DNA from: Raja brachyura
Lineage: Eukaryota
NCBI GenBank assembly: GCA_963514005.1
Contig: OY740791.1
Location: 51,708,001-51,772,000, forward strand
Reading direction: 5' to 3'
DNA: 64,000 bases
The notes beneath the pieces were generated by a model. That model was not told the origin of the DNA and ran no database searches. It saw only the letters and a program-made list of their open reading frames with translations. Shown here piece after piece: positions 37,901-52,900 of this stretch. Position numbers and translations under genes: made by a program. Position 1 is the first letter of the stretch. The number at the start of each line of letters is the position of its first letter.

Positions 37901-40900
37901 ACACCTGGAGTATTGCGTACAGTTTTGGTCTCCAAATCTGAGGAAATGCATTCTTGCCATAGAGGAGGTACAGAGAATGTTCACCAGACTGATTCCTGGG
38001 ATGTCAGGACTTTCATATGAGGAAAGATTCGATAGACTCGGCTTGTACTCGCTAGAATTTAGAAGATTGAGTGGGGATCTTATAGAAACTTACAAAATTC
38101 TTAAAGGCTTGGACAGGCTAGATGCAGGAAGATTGTTCCCGATGTTGCGGAAGTCCAGAATCAGGGGTCACAGTTTAAGGATAAGGGGGAAGCCTTTTAG
38201 GACCGAGATGAGAAATACATTTTTCACACAGAGAGTGGTGAGTCTCTGGAATTCTCTGCCACAGAAGGTAGTTGAGGCCAGTTCATTGGCTATATTTAAG
38301 AGGGAGTTAGATGTGGCCCTTGTGGCTAAAGGGATCAGGGGGTATGGAGAGAAGGCAGGTACAGGATACTGAGTTGAATGATCAGCCATGATCATATTGA
38401 ATGGCAGTGCAGTCTAGAAGGGCCGAATGGCCTACTCCTGCACCTATTTTCTATGTTTCCATGTTTAAAATGATAAGCAGGAACTCCAGTGGCCAAGAGA
38501 AATTTGAAGATAGTTTTAGGAGTATCTAAGTGAGCCAGAATGGTTCAGATTTGTTGCCATTATTGTTGTCCAAAGTTCCTCTGTGACCAGCACATAATAC
38601 ACAGAGGACCCCAGTTATACGTCGAATCATATTGGGCCCCTTTAATGAGAAAAGTGGAGGGAGAGCTTGTGTCCCAACACATTGTGAAGATGGGGCAGGG
38701 GAGGGGAGGTTTATTTGAGAACAGACAGCAGCCGTGTCCAATCATTGGCAACAAGGAGATAGAATGTGATGACAGAGCGGTGTTTTAGCACCTGGATGTC
38801 TGTGACTAATGATGTACCACAAGATTGGTCCTCGGGCCTTGTTGTATGTAATCTACGTGTATGTCTTAGAAGTGGATATGGGAGGTAAGATCATTAAGTT
38901 CACAGATGACAAGAAGATGAGTGAAGTTATTGATAGTGTGGACAGTTGGCATTCTGCAGAGAGATGTCAATGTGTTGGTGAAATGGGCTGAGAAATGAAA
39001 GATGGAGCTTAATCCATACAATTGTGAGGTGATGTGTTCTGTGGTGCAGTGGTAGGACATACAACATGAATGACAAGCTCTGACAAAATATTGAGAAACA
39101 GAGGGACATTTGGAGTGCGTCCATTAGTCTTTGAAAGTGGAAACAAGAGGTAGATAATGTGGTTAGGAAGGCATCTGGGATACAGCCTTCATTTGTCAGG
39201 GTTGTGATTACAGAAGTACGGAATTTATGCTTCAGATTTATAAACATTGGTCGGACCTCAGCTGGAGTAGTTCATGCAGTTCGGGTCACCACATTGCATG
39301 AAGGATTCAAAAGCATTGGAGAGGGTACAGAAGCAGGATGTTGCCTCAGATGGAGCAATTCGGGTCTGAGGAAAGTCTATTTCAGATGCAGGGATTTGAG
39401 TCTTTAAAAGCCTCAATGGGGATGTTAGTCATTTTCGGCATCTTTGAGCACATCCTCGAATCTTTCCCTCCATTCAATTAGTGGTCTCTTTCCATGACAT
39501 TGCTCTGAATTAACGGTCTACTTCAGGGTTTGCTTTTACAAAGTACAAAGTACAAAGTACACCAAAGTACAAAAGACAATTGGTGTAGTGAAATTTGTCT
39601 TGCCATGCAGCACATAGATAAAGATAGGACATAACATTAAATAATTTAACATAAAACATAAAAAACATCCCCCCGCAATGGTACCCATTATGAGGGAAGG
39701 CACAAAGTCCAGACCCCATCCCCAGTTCACCCATAGTCGGGCCTATTGAGGCCTCCACAGTTGCCTCTATGGGGGCCGATGTTCCAGGCCCTTCTTCGCC
39801 GGGTGATGGTACTCCGGCAAAGGGAGAACCCTCTCAGCGGCTCGGGGTGCCTGTAACGGCCGCTTCCTTGCAGGAGACCGTGGCTTCCGACGCGCAACAA
39901 GGCCGCGCTGAATGGAGCTCCACAACTGGCGATCTCGCCGGGAGATCCCAGGGTCCCGATGTTAAAGTTTAGCGCCGCCGCTCCACAGTCCCGCAGTTCC
40001 GCGATGTTCACCTGCGGTCTTCAGCTCACTGGAGCTCCAGCGCGGCGACCCAGGCAAGGCATCGTCCGCTCCACTCCGCAATAGCGCTCCAGCGCTGCAC
40101 CGATGCCGAAGCCGAGGTTCTGGGCGGTCCCCCCCGGAAAATGCCGTTCCAGGCCCGCTGGTAGGCCGCGAGGACGGGTCGACGGTGCAGCCCGGAGAAA
40201 GCTGCCTCTCCGACCAGGTGGGGACTCTAGAAAACAGGACTCCGAAAACAAAAAAACTCAACTAACTAAGAATTTAAAAAAAGAGAGAAGAAACGGACAG
40301 CTGCAGGCTGGGCAGCCATACCCGTACAGGACGGCGCTTTTGGGAGTGTGATCAGTGTGACCTGCCCAACTTAACCAACTGAGTGTAACTCAGAACTCAG
40401 TGGTGATCCTGGTCTGGAGAGGACAGCAGCATGGGATTATTTCTCCTTCATAGTGCTTCGTAGCATTTTTGGTGACCAGCTTGGCGTTTCCTTTTTGAGG
40501 ATGGATCTTACCTTCAACAGCCAAAGGACTATGACACTTTCTCACCTTCCCCTGATGCACAACAGTGACCTCTGACAATGATGGCTTAAATGATGGCCTG
40601 ATAAGATGAACCAATTCTCCCATCTCAGGAGTAACCTAACACCAAGGATAAACAAATTCCAATCCCCTTCAAATTGGTCCAGGATCAATCAGGCAGCAGT
40701 GACCCATGTCACCCTGTCTGCTTCTGAGTCTTGGACTATCTGCAATAGATGTATCTTTACAGGCATGAAATGGGCTTCAGCGATATACAGAAGTGTTTAT
40801 CTTTAAGATCTGATCACAGTAGGTCATGAAATGCGATATGTTAGAAGAAAGAAATAACATTACGTTTTTGTGGAAATAACAAAGAGCAGAATACAAGACA

Positions 40901-43900
40901 CTTACCATTGTGCGGCAAAAAATTCAGTTCATACCGAACTAAAACCTTGAGAGTATGTTGATAAAACAAACCACAGATCCATTTCCTTTTGTCTGCAACA
41001 ACTTTTGGAATGATCAACTTTGAAGATCTCTCTTTCTGCATTAGCTCCTTGAAATATTTATCTTTCACTACTTTGCCATCACCATTGATCCAAACAAGTC
41101 TCATTGACTCGGTGACGTTTGACACGGAGCATGTCAGGATAACATTTCTTCCCTCATTTGATTGTTTAGCTGGGAAACAAGAAATTCAGTGAGAATTAAA
41201 ACAACAGCTGTGGTTTCTACCCAATATGTTCTTAAATCCCGATGCCTGTAGAACTAACCCAAAGGATCACTGACAAGCTTTTCACTAACTTTGAGAAAGT
41301 TGCTGAATAAGCACCAATTCCCACAGTGTTGCCACTGCCCACAGTGTTGAACACAACAGCCCAAGGTCACAGATATTCCATGAATTACAGCGTTTTTCAC
41401 GTGTCAAGATGGTTAAAAAAATTAAAAGAGAACTTCAAGGGGCAAAGAGGAATATGGGGGTCCTTTTAAGATACTCAGAATAGTGACTACTATTGTTATA
41501 CCAGGTTACTCTGCAACCAGCACCAAACACAGGGAGGACCCCAATTACAGACTTCCTGGATTTACATTGTGGCCGATAGTCTGTGGGGCTAAAACTCAGT
41601 CATGCTGGGGCAAGCTTCCAAATATGTTCCTTCACAAGTTAAAGGGACATTCATGAGCAGGTAACAAGCCTGTGATTGGAACCAAATGCAGGTGAGTGCC
41701 CTTTAATTTATTTGTTTACTGGTTCTCACTCGAGCCTCTCTGCTCCCCCCATCCCCCCCCCCCATCACAGTGCAACCTCCACACTCCTCCAGACCCCAAC
41801 ACCATCTCATCACTTTCACCCAATCAAGAATCCCACACACCCAGCACCCAACAGCCTCTCCACCCATTGATCACATGATCGGACTGCACCCATCCACCAA
41901 TCAGTTAACACCACCCACTCCCACCAATCAAATAAAAGACAGATGGCCAGTCCGAGACACCACCCACTTCCCACCACCACGACTGTCGGCAGCAACCCTC
42001 ACCCCGAGTCTACTTCCCGTTATTGGCCCAACTCCCAACACATTGTAATAGTGCTTCAAACTCAGGGAATGCACAGGTGGAGGAGTGGCAAAGGGATTTT
42101 AAATGTTTATATTTGTGAATCTCCATCTTTGTGAATCAAGTTGTACTTTGTCAGGGTGATTTTTTCACGAGTAAAATACAACTAAATTTCAGCAGCAGTT
42201 CTGGGGGAGAAATGAACTACAATTAGAGGATAATATCTGCAGAACTTTGTGCTGTGATCACAGTCTGCCTGAAAGTGGGTACTCGACCCCAATGACTTTA
42301 TCATTGAATCTCCAATATTCAGTCTTGTACCTGTAACTGTGATCAGTTCAATGGTCACATATTTATTTGAGCCCATGAAACATGTGTAAACTCCAGCATC
42401 TTCAAACTGCACGGGTACAATCCTCACATGGAAATTCTTGCCATTCACATTTCCCTCTGTGGTTACCAGTCGATTCCCAAAGTAGCTCCTGTTGACATGG
42501 ATCGGCTCAGACCTGTCAGAAGAAGCTATTTCCTTCTCTTGATTCTGGGAATGTTCTGATCTCCAAGTCCATTTGATTTCACTGAGCTCAGGAGAAGCTT
42601 CACAAATCAGGTCGAGTTCACTGTGATTTGTGACCGAGCGATAAACTGTGTACGTCTTGTTATGTAAACCTGCAAGAGAGGGACAGGGAACAAATAATTA
42701 GATTTCTACAGATGCTGAGATACAGATGTTCTGAGTTTCCACAGGGACAAACACCCAGCTCTCAAATCAAAGAGATGCTGGTGGACTGGAGATAATACAC
42801 AATATGTTACCTGATCTCAGCAATCAAATACAATGAATTTTTTTCACGCATTGAATTGCTCACCACTGTATCTCTCAGGTTGTTACAGAAAATGGCTCAT
42901 TCAGTGAGAGCGACATGAATGAATATTAACAAATCATAAGGAATAGGAGTAGAGTTAGACCGTACGGCCCATCAATAATTCTCTGCCCACTCTCCCAAAC
43001 TGTCCAAGTCATTCTTCAGAGTCCCTGCATTCTCTACACTACCTGCCCCTCCACCTATTTTGTATCATCCACAAACTTTCAATCCCGTCGTCCAAATCAT
43101 TTTATCGTGAACTTCTAAGAATTCAGTAACCTTATCCTTTATAATGGACTAAAATCTTACCAACCACTGGTCAGACTAACTGGCATATAATTCCAATTAT
43201 TGTGCCTTGACCCCTTTTAATGAAGTGGGGGTAATATTGGTAATTTTACAATCATCTGGGACCACTCCTGACTAGCAATTCAGAAAATATCACTATCAAT
43301 GCTTCCATAATCTCTAAAGCCACCTCTTTCAGAATCCTAGGGTGCAGTCCATCCGGCCCAGGTGACTTGTCCACCTTCAGTCCTTTCAACTTCCCAAGCA
43401 CCTTCTCCCTATTAATAGGCGCTCCACTAACTTCCATCCCTTGACTCTCAAATTTCAGGCACGTTGCTGGTGTCTTCCACTGTGAAGACTGAAAGGAAAA
43501 ATATTAAACTCCTCTGCTATTTCTTTAATCCCAATTATCATTTCTCCTGCATCATTCTCCAGTGGTTCAAAGTCCACTCTCGCCTCTTTCTTGCTCTTTA
43601 TATAATTGAAGAAACATGTGCTATCCTCTTTTATATTATTGGCTAGCCTACCTTTGTATTTCATCTTTTCTCCCCATATTGTCGTTTTAGTTACCTAATG
43701 TTGTTCTTTAAAAGCTTACCAATCTCCTGGCTTCCCACTAATCTTTGCAATATATTACGCCTTATCTTTTAGTTTTATACTGTCCTTGACTTCCCTTCAG
43801 CCACAGTTGCCTTTCTTCCCTGAGAATCTTTTCTCTTTGGAATGAAAAGATCCTGCATCTTCTGGATTATTCTCAAAATGTCCTGCCTTTGCTGTTCCAC

Positions 43901-46900
43901 CATCATCCCTGATAGGGTCCCTTTCCACTCAACTTTGGCCAGCTCCTCCCTCATGCCTCTGTAGTCCCCTTTGCCCAGCTACAATATCGATATGGAAGGC
44001 GTGAGCAGCCCTGAATGACAAACTATCAGATCATTGGAATAAGCATTGAGCAACAATCAACCCAAGAGAACGACTCAGAAAATACCCAAATCTTTGAACA
44101 GCTCAATCTTAGTGACACCATTTTATATTTACACCATGTCCCAGGGTAAATGCAATGTCCACATCCTGCAGTGAAAGCCCACGGTGGAATCCGTGCTCAC
44201 TGTGCAATATGTGGAACAGTTTGATATCAGGAACTATTTAATACCTGCTGCAAGGCAACTTTGGACTCACCCTGATCCACTTCAACATTGGTGTCTCCAG
44301 TGAGAACAATGGAGCCATTTTCCTGCACTTCCCATGTGTACAGATTGGGATTTCCTGCTCCAACGTGTTGGACCATCAGATAGACGGTGTTATTCAGACG
44401 GATCTGATCTGTGTTATTCCTCCTGTTCTGCTGAGATGAGCCTCTTGGTTTCCAGTGAAGACTGATGGTATCAGGGAGTTTGGAGATGGTACAGCTGAGG
44501 GTGATGTCACTGCCCATTACTGGCCTCGGTGAGTCTGCCTCAACTGTGGAAACAGACACATGACGTGTGGTTCAGTTCCCCACCAGCTTTCTGAACTGCT
44601 GCGGGCAAAATTGTCTTATTCCTGCAAACAGACAGTCGGCGGAATGTTGAGCAGCCATGCTCAGTGATGTCATCAACACTTCCAGGTAGTGACCACCTGT
44701 CCCCCTCGGCCCCCTCGTATCCCACATCTACCCTCTGCTCCCCGACAACATAATCGATGGACATTGAGCAGATTCCACAGATATGTTCCCAGCACCAACT
44801 CTGCCTGCGCCACCTCTCTCAACCCTCCCGTGGTCTCTGCACTGTCGATTACTTGACTAACAATGGCCTGGTGAAGCAAGGTCACTGCTGCTGACCTTGA
44901 GGTTGGGCCCTCTCTGTGGCCTGCACTTCACTTTCCCTGTCATTTGGTATCGGGGGGCGAGATTGTGGGAATACCTAATATAAACATAGAAACATAGAAC
45001 ATAGAAACATAGAATATAAGTGCAGGAGTAGGCCACTCGGCCATTTCGAGCCTGCACCGCCATTCAATTTGATTATGGCTGATCATCCAACTCAGTATCC
45101 CGTACCTGCCTTCTCTCCATACCCCCTGTTCCCCTTAGCCACAAGGGCCACATCTTAAATATAGCCAATGAACTGGCCTCAGCTACCTTCTGTGGCAGAG
45201 AATTCCAGAGATTCACCATCTCTGTGTGAAAAATGTTTTTCTCATCTCGGTCCTACAGGACTTCCCCCTTATCCTTAAACTGTGACCCCGTTGTTCTGGA
45301 ATTTGCCAACATCGGGAACAATCTTCCTGCATCTAGCCTGTCCAACCCCTCAAGAATTTTGTAAGTTTCTATAAGATCCCCCCACAATCTTCTAAATTGT
45401 AGCGAGCACATGCCGAGTCTATCTAGTCTTTCTTCAGATGAAAGTCCTGACATCCCAGGAATCAGTCTGGTGAACCTTATCTGTACTCCCTCTATGGCAA
45501 GAATGTCTTTCCTCAGACTTGGAGACCAAAACTGTATGCAGTACTCCATGTGTGGTCTCATCAAGACCCTGTACAACTGCAGTAGAAGCTCCCTGCTCCT
45601 ATACTCAAATCCTTTTGCTATGAATGCTAACATACCATTCACTTTCTTCACTGCCTGCTGCACCTGCATGCCTACTTTCAAGGACTGGTGTACCATGACA
45701 CCCAGGCCTCGTTGCATCTCCCCTTTTCCTAATCGGCTACCATTCAAATAATAGTCTACTTTCCTGTTTTTGCCACCAACGTGGATAACCTCACATTTAT
45801 CCGCATTATACTGCATCTGCCATGCATTTACCCAACCTATCCAAGTCACTTTGCAGCCTCCCAGCATCCTCCTCACAGCTAACTCTGCTCCCCAGCTTCA
45901 TGTCAGCTGCAAACTTGGATATGTTGCATTCAATTCCCTTGTCCAAATCTTTAATATATATTGTAAATAGCTGGAGTCCCAGCACAGAGCCTTGTGGTAC
46001 CCCACTAGTCACTGCCTGCCATTTTGAAAAGGACCCATTTACTCCTACCCATTGCTTCCTGTCTGCCAGCCAGTTCTCTATCCACATCTATACTGAACCC
46101 CCAATACCGTATGCTTTAAGTTTGCATACTAATCTCTTATGTGGGACCTTGTCAAAAGCCTTCTGAAAGTCCAGATATAACACATCCACTGGTTCTCCCT
46201 TATCCACTCTACTAGTTATATCCTCGAAAAATTCTATAAGATTAGTCAGACATGATTTACCTTTCATAAATCCATGCTGACTTTGTCCAATGATTTCACC
46301 ACTTTCCAAACCTGCTGCTATTCTATCTTTAACAACTGACTCTAGCAGTTTCCCAACTACCGATGTTAGACTACCTGGTCTGTAATTCCCCGTTTTCTCT
46401 CTCTCTCCCTTTTTAAAAAGTGGGGTTACATTAGCTACCCTCCAATCCTCAGGAACCACTCCAGAACCTAAAGAGTTTTGAAATATTATCACTAATGCAT
46501 CCACTATTTCTGGGGCCATGATGTTTACAACCCTTTCCGCTCATTCGTTGACTAACCTTTGATCCCAAATAGTTCCCACTCTCTCAGGACTTTCCCACTA
46601 GGTTGTGTCTGATTCCAGGTGAACAGTCCCGCATGTTGAAAGTAGGGCTTCCTGATCCTCAGATTAAGGGTACCCCAATCCACAAACATACTCTGGGAAA
46701 TGTTTGGTATTTGATTGTACTCGTCACTCCATTGCACGGCCCACCGCTGATCTTCTCTGTGAAAAGTGGCCAATCGCTTTGTGGTTTGTTGCCCTGAGTG
46801 TGGCCTCCATTCCCAGACAATAGGGCCATTTCCAGGACTGTCTGGTCCTTTCAACACATAGTTGCCTTCCTGGTGGAAAAAGTAAATGGAATCGCCACTT

Positions 46901-49900
46901 GCTGCCAGAAAAGCAAAACAAAGTTTAAAAACAGACAACGATGTCAGTCTGATCTACATCATGAGGAATAGTGTGGATAATTGTTCTTTAAATAGTGTTA
47001 GTTATAATTCATAGAATCATAGAATCAAATAACATGGAAACATCCATGGTGACCAGTTGGCACTCTTCCATATTTATCCCATCTCACATGGTCTATTACC
47101 GTCAATGCAGAGGTTACTTGTGTGATTTACCCAACACTTTTAATTACAACTGCATTTTACAAGCAGTGAAGTATATTAAAGATTTCCATGGAACGGATTC
47201 ACTTTCCACAGCATCATGAAGATGTAACAATCGCACAATTAACATGACACATGGAAAGGGAAGTTTCAATATTCACCCAGGGCCACGGAGTTATCCCACG
47301 GTCCATATTCCCAGTCACTGCACCACAGCAGAGTCCCACACAGGCTATAAAGGAGGAGTGAGTGCTGGCAAATAGGACAATAATGTCACCTCAAAATGTG
47401 ACCATAATTCTAAGTATGAAGAGCAAACCCTGACTCGCTTACCACTGGGCTCCTGATAGTACGGGACAAAAAGCCGGGGCAGGTCTTGATGAAACAAACC
47501 ACATCTCCAGTTTCCTCTGCCCCTCTCAACTTTCTGAATAACCAGACTTAGTGATTTCTCTTCCACAGTCGGTGTATTTTCTCCAACACTTTTGCCATCG
47601 CCATTGATCCAAACCAGTCTCATTGACTCAGTGACGTGAGACACAGAGCAGGTCAGGGTAACGTTGTCTCCCTCAGTCAATGCATCAGCTGGTTCCGCTC
47701 TGACTGTGGAAACAAGCAGTTTGTTTACATTTTAAACAATTAGTTCACTAGTGAAAACACTGGCAGCATTCTGTCTCCTACCTTTCACTGTGATTAGATC
47801 AATGGTGAGCAATGGAGAACTTCCCTCATTGTTCACTAATGTGTCTGTTCCAAGAAAACATTTGTAACATCCGGCATCTTGAAACATAACGGGGACAACC
47901 CTCAAACTGAAATCCTTGCCATCGTAGGGTTTCACTGACTTCACCAGTCGATTCCTGAAATCGTCCCTTTTGACATTGATGGGCTGAGAGTATGTTGCTG
48001 ATGCTATTACTTGCTGCTGTTGTTGTTGAAGGCGACGTGATGTCCAGGTCATGTCAGTCCTGGAATCCCCATGAATGTTATAGCAAACCAGGTGAAGTTC
48101 ACTGTGATCTGTGCTGGAGCGGTAAACTGTGTATTTCCTTTGATATAAAGCTGTATTGGAGAGACAGAGGATAACTCATTTCAGTATTACAGTTGCAACC
48201 ACATTCTCATAAATATTTGCGGTGTTTTGTTCAGCTGATCAAGCTTCAAATGTAAATGCATTTTGCATCAAAACTCATCAGATCATAAACAAAACACAAA
48301 CAACATTTCCTGTAAAGTAGTAAATTGCAGTAAAGCTTGGATATTTCACAGACTGTCCGGGAATCTCCTGGGATGGAATGAAACCTCCCGGAGACTCCCA
48401 AGAGCGGACTGGGAGGTGAATCTCTCTGTCAGTCTGCAGGAGGTGCTGCAGGTTCAGGCTGCGGACAGAAGCAGCCCAGAGGATGACTGCACTGGGACTG
48501 ACCCGGACAGGTTGGCAGTTCAAGTGGGTCGGGTCTACCCGTCTCTTCATTCCCAATATCCCCACTATCCCTCTCCCATTCGCACCCATTGATTCCCTGC
48601 CATTCCCTCTTCCCCGGGTCCTGTTCCCAGCTGAATGCTGATCTGAAGCCCAAGTCTGCAGCAGCTGGAATCACTTCAAACAGCAGCAGGACACGGAGAG
48701 AAGGGTCAGTGAGGGGAGAGGGGACGGATTTTTTTTCAGTGCTGATGTGTGCACTGGGACCCCAGTGTGAGTGTGAGCAGCAAGTGCTGGTGGTTGTCAT
48801 GGTGACTACACTTTCTATCTGACACTTTGACCTGAGTCCTGTATCAGTATCTCAGTCTCAGATACTGGAGCATTGATGGCAAGTTAAACTGACAAAATGC
48901 TTTACTGAACAATAGTTACAGAAATACATCCTCACTCCTGTGCTGTGTGTCTGTCACACAGGCAGCTGCTGTACACAGAGAGACTTTCTGGAAACTTCTC
49001 CCTGATCATTGCAGTATTTTAAGCACGAGAGCAGTTACTTGTCTGCAGTTCTTCACGGAGCGCACACATGATATTACAAGAAGCACCGTGATACAAGTGT
49101 CTACTTAATATCTAATGGGAGGTGTTTACACTTACACGTGTTTTCAGTAAAATCTACATTACGTGTGTGAACGATGTTTCCGTTTTCCTGCACTTCACAC
49201 ACATACAACTTCCCATCCTCCACTGTAACATGTCGGATCATCAGATAGACCGTGTTCTTCAGGCGGATCTGATCAGTGTTGCTCGGGTTCTGCTGGGATG
49301 AGTCCACTGGTCTCCAGTGAAGACTGACTGTGTCTGAGAGTCTGGAGATGGTGCAGCTGAGTGTGACGTCACTGCCCAGCAGAGGGCGCTGTGGACTTGC
49401 CTCAACTGTGAAGAACACATCAATGAGATTCAGGGTGAGTAGTGGTGTGTACAGTCCAATGACTGCGCTCAATCTCACCTCAGCTGAAAACCTAGACCCG
49501 CCCCCCATTCTTCTAAACTCCAGCTAGTCCAAGCCCAGAGCCACAAACACTCATCATACGTTAAACCAATCATTCCCTGAGGCATTTTCATACACATTCG
49601 TTTTATTTTGCATTACTTCAGACCGCACTGCAATCTCTGCACCTTTGTGCTGGTTTGCTTTTAGAAACAGAGAAACATAGAAAATAGGTGCAGGAGGAGG
49701 GCATTCAGCTATTCGAGCCAGCACTGCCATTCATTGTGATCATGGCTGATCATCCCCAATCAATAACCCGTGCCTGCCTTCTCCCCATATCCCTTGATTC
49801 CACTAGCCCCTAGAGTTCTATCTAACTGTCAAAAATCCATCCAGTGACTTGGCCTCCACTGCCCTCTGTGGCAGGGAATACCACAAATTCACAATTTTAC

Positions 49901-52900
49901 TTCGGAGGAACGTGAGTGACCACGTGAAGAAGCCCCCCAGATGCATGCACATCCTTACGTCAGATGCATGGCGCACCGAAGGGCTGGAGAGCGCAGCTCC
50001 ACCAGCGGTAAGTAATAAACCGGCAGGTAAGTGATTTTTAAACTGTCTGCAAGTTTTTAACTCCGTAAGACTGGTTCAGGAGCCAGCGGGAATATTTTCA
50101 AGATGGAGAATGTTTAAAAAAATTCTGCCCACCGTAGTAAGAGCTTTATTCGCGGGACCGCGGTTAGTACTCGCAGATCGGGTAGGGAGAAACGCCGGTT
50201 CCAACGCCGACTGCAGAACCGCCGGCTGCTCAACTGCCTCCATTAACTCCGGTGCCTCAGGGCGCTGTGGCCACTCCAGCAGGGAGAAAGGCCAAACAAA
50301 AGTCAGTCAGGCCCGTTTATTCTGACGAGTCTGACGATGATGACTCCCCACCTTCCAACAAGAAGGTCTGGGGACGTCTAGACAAAATGGAACAGATGCT
50401 TCAAACTATGATGAGCCATGAAGTGTTCCAATCGGGGTCGCATACCCCCAGGATTCCCCAAACAGCCTCAGGCAGAGGCCCATACGGCGACGAGGACTTG
50501 AACACCCCTGAGTTCCAAAAGGAATCACCCTCACCAGCACCTTGTTTAGGGCTGGTCGAGACCACCCTAGAGCAAGACTCGGGAGAGCCAGGGCAGGAGG
50601 ATTTTGACCCTGAAGTTGGTGTCACTGCTTTTGTGCACACACCAAGGCACATGAGCCATGCGCCAGTTGTCCCGGATGTGGCTAGAAATGTTGCCATTCC
50701 GGAGGGAACTGGTGAAGCAATGGAGGAAAATCTGGCTTGCAATATAAACTACATGGCCTCTCTAAACTACACGGATTCCATCATGGAATGGATGACAACA
50801 CGTTACCAGGTACCTGTTAAGGTTGCGTCGCTCAAGATGCCCACTGTGAACTCAGCTATCTGGGCACAAATGAGCGCATCGATGAGGGGGCAGGAGCTCC
50901 GTTTCCAGAGAGTCCTCAAATTGGTAGGGGCAGGTATCACGGCTTTTGGGAAAATGGTCCAAGGGGCACCAATGTCGGGAACACAGCAGGATATGTTGGC
51001 CCTGCTGTGCAATGCCCATTTCGAGATCAATTGTATCCGGAAGATTGCCATCAAACGGACATTAAACCCACGTTTCGCAGCTCTTTGTAGGTCCTCTAAT
51101 ATTCAGGCACCAAATTTCTTATTCGGCGAAGACCTGCTGAAACAGATCAAAGACCGAGAGGAAGAGGCCAAAACCATTGGTCTCATGAAAATCTACATAC
51201 CCTCGGCCAGGTCTTTTTCAACCAGACGGGCGTCAGATGCTGGAGCAGGCCCAAGTAGAGTGTTACCAGTTGGACGGCATCCATATCCACCTGCGTACTC
51301 TAACTACAACCCCAACATGGCCAGAAGAGTGAGAAATTTAAGGTCGACTATGGAGGTACGGGTAACTGATTCAGTCCAGGATAAATCCTCTGGGGAACAA
51401 CCTCCGGTTGGGGGTAGGTTGCAATTGTTTTATGATGAATGGTGCTGCATAACATCTGAACTGTTTAGACTGGACAGTGTCTCAGGGTCTCGAATTGAGT
51501 TTATGTCAGGAATACATCCACTTGCACAAAATATGCCTAGCGGGGTTTTTTTTTTTTTTCTGGACCAGAAACTCTGCAGGTGTTTCCCCCATCTGTGACA
51601 AATGTCTAACTCAAAATGCCACTATAGCACATTCCTTTGTCTCTTGTACAAAACTGTATAAATTTTGGAATGAAATTTTTGGAATTTTTACAAATTTATT
51701 TTACACAAAATAGAACCCCAATACAGAACTGATTATCTTTGGATCAATGGAAGAGGGAAGTAAACTAACTATATTCCAAGAAGCTTAACTTAATTACGGT
51801 CTAATAACAGCAAAAAAACTTATACTCAAATTTTGGAAAAACGCAACCACGCCAACATTCAAAATGTGGAAGTCAAACATGTCTGAAACACTACATCTTG
51901 AAGAAATGAGATTCCTCCTACTAGGCAAAGTAGACCAATTCTTAAAGACTTGTTCTCCTTTTATCAACTTTTTTACAAGCATATGGTCCAACATAACATA
52001 ACCTTAGAAATTAAATGGTTTAGAACCGGGTGACAGATGGTCAAAAATATGAAATAGGTAAATCTCTCCTAATCTCTCTTTTCTTTACTTTCTCCTACTC
52101 TTTCAATCTTTTTACCTTCTCATCTCTGTCCTTTATTTATTTTGCTATCTGTTTCTACTCGCTTGTCTATCTATTCCGACACTCTTTATTTCTTTTTTCT
52201 CTCACTATTCTTTTATTATTAAATCAAAAGTACGAAGTTGTACAAGAATGGAAATATGTATGTATGTATTAGGTACATAAGTACCACACTATTGTACTTA
52301 CTTCAAACAAAAATAAACAAAACAAAAAAAAAGAAACTCTGCAGGTGAATGATGAAATTGGGGTTTTATTCCAAAAAGGGGTAATTGAGAAGACGGTATA
52401 TCATCCTCAACAATTTGTGTCCAATATATTCCCCAGACAGAAAAAAGATGGTGGGTGTCGAGTCATTCTAGACCTAACCCAGTGGTAATTGAGAAGACAG
52501 TAGATCATCCTCAATAATTTGTATCCAATATATTCCCCAGGGAGAGAAAATATGGTGGGTGTCGAGTCATTCTGGACCTAACCCAGTTAAATTCCTATGT
52601 CCAGTATAGGCATTTTAAAATGGATACTTTCAGTACTGCTAAACAGCTGTTATCAAAAGGTTGTTATATGGCAACCATAGATCTGAAAGATGCATATTAT
52701 TCAGTACCATTCATCACCGTAGATACTTGAAATTTAGTTGGATGGGACAATTGTGGCAACTTAAAGCGTTGCCCAATGGGTTAACCTCAGCTCCTAGGTT
52801 GTTCACAAAATTGTTAAAACCAGTTCTGGCACAACTTCGTGCCCAGATTCTCATTGTGATGGCTTATTTAGATGATATATTAATTATAAGCAACACTCAG

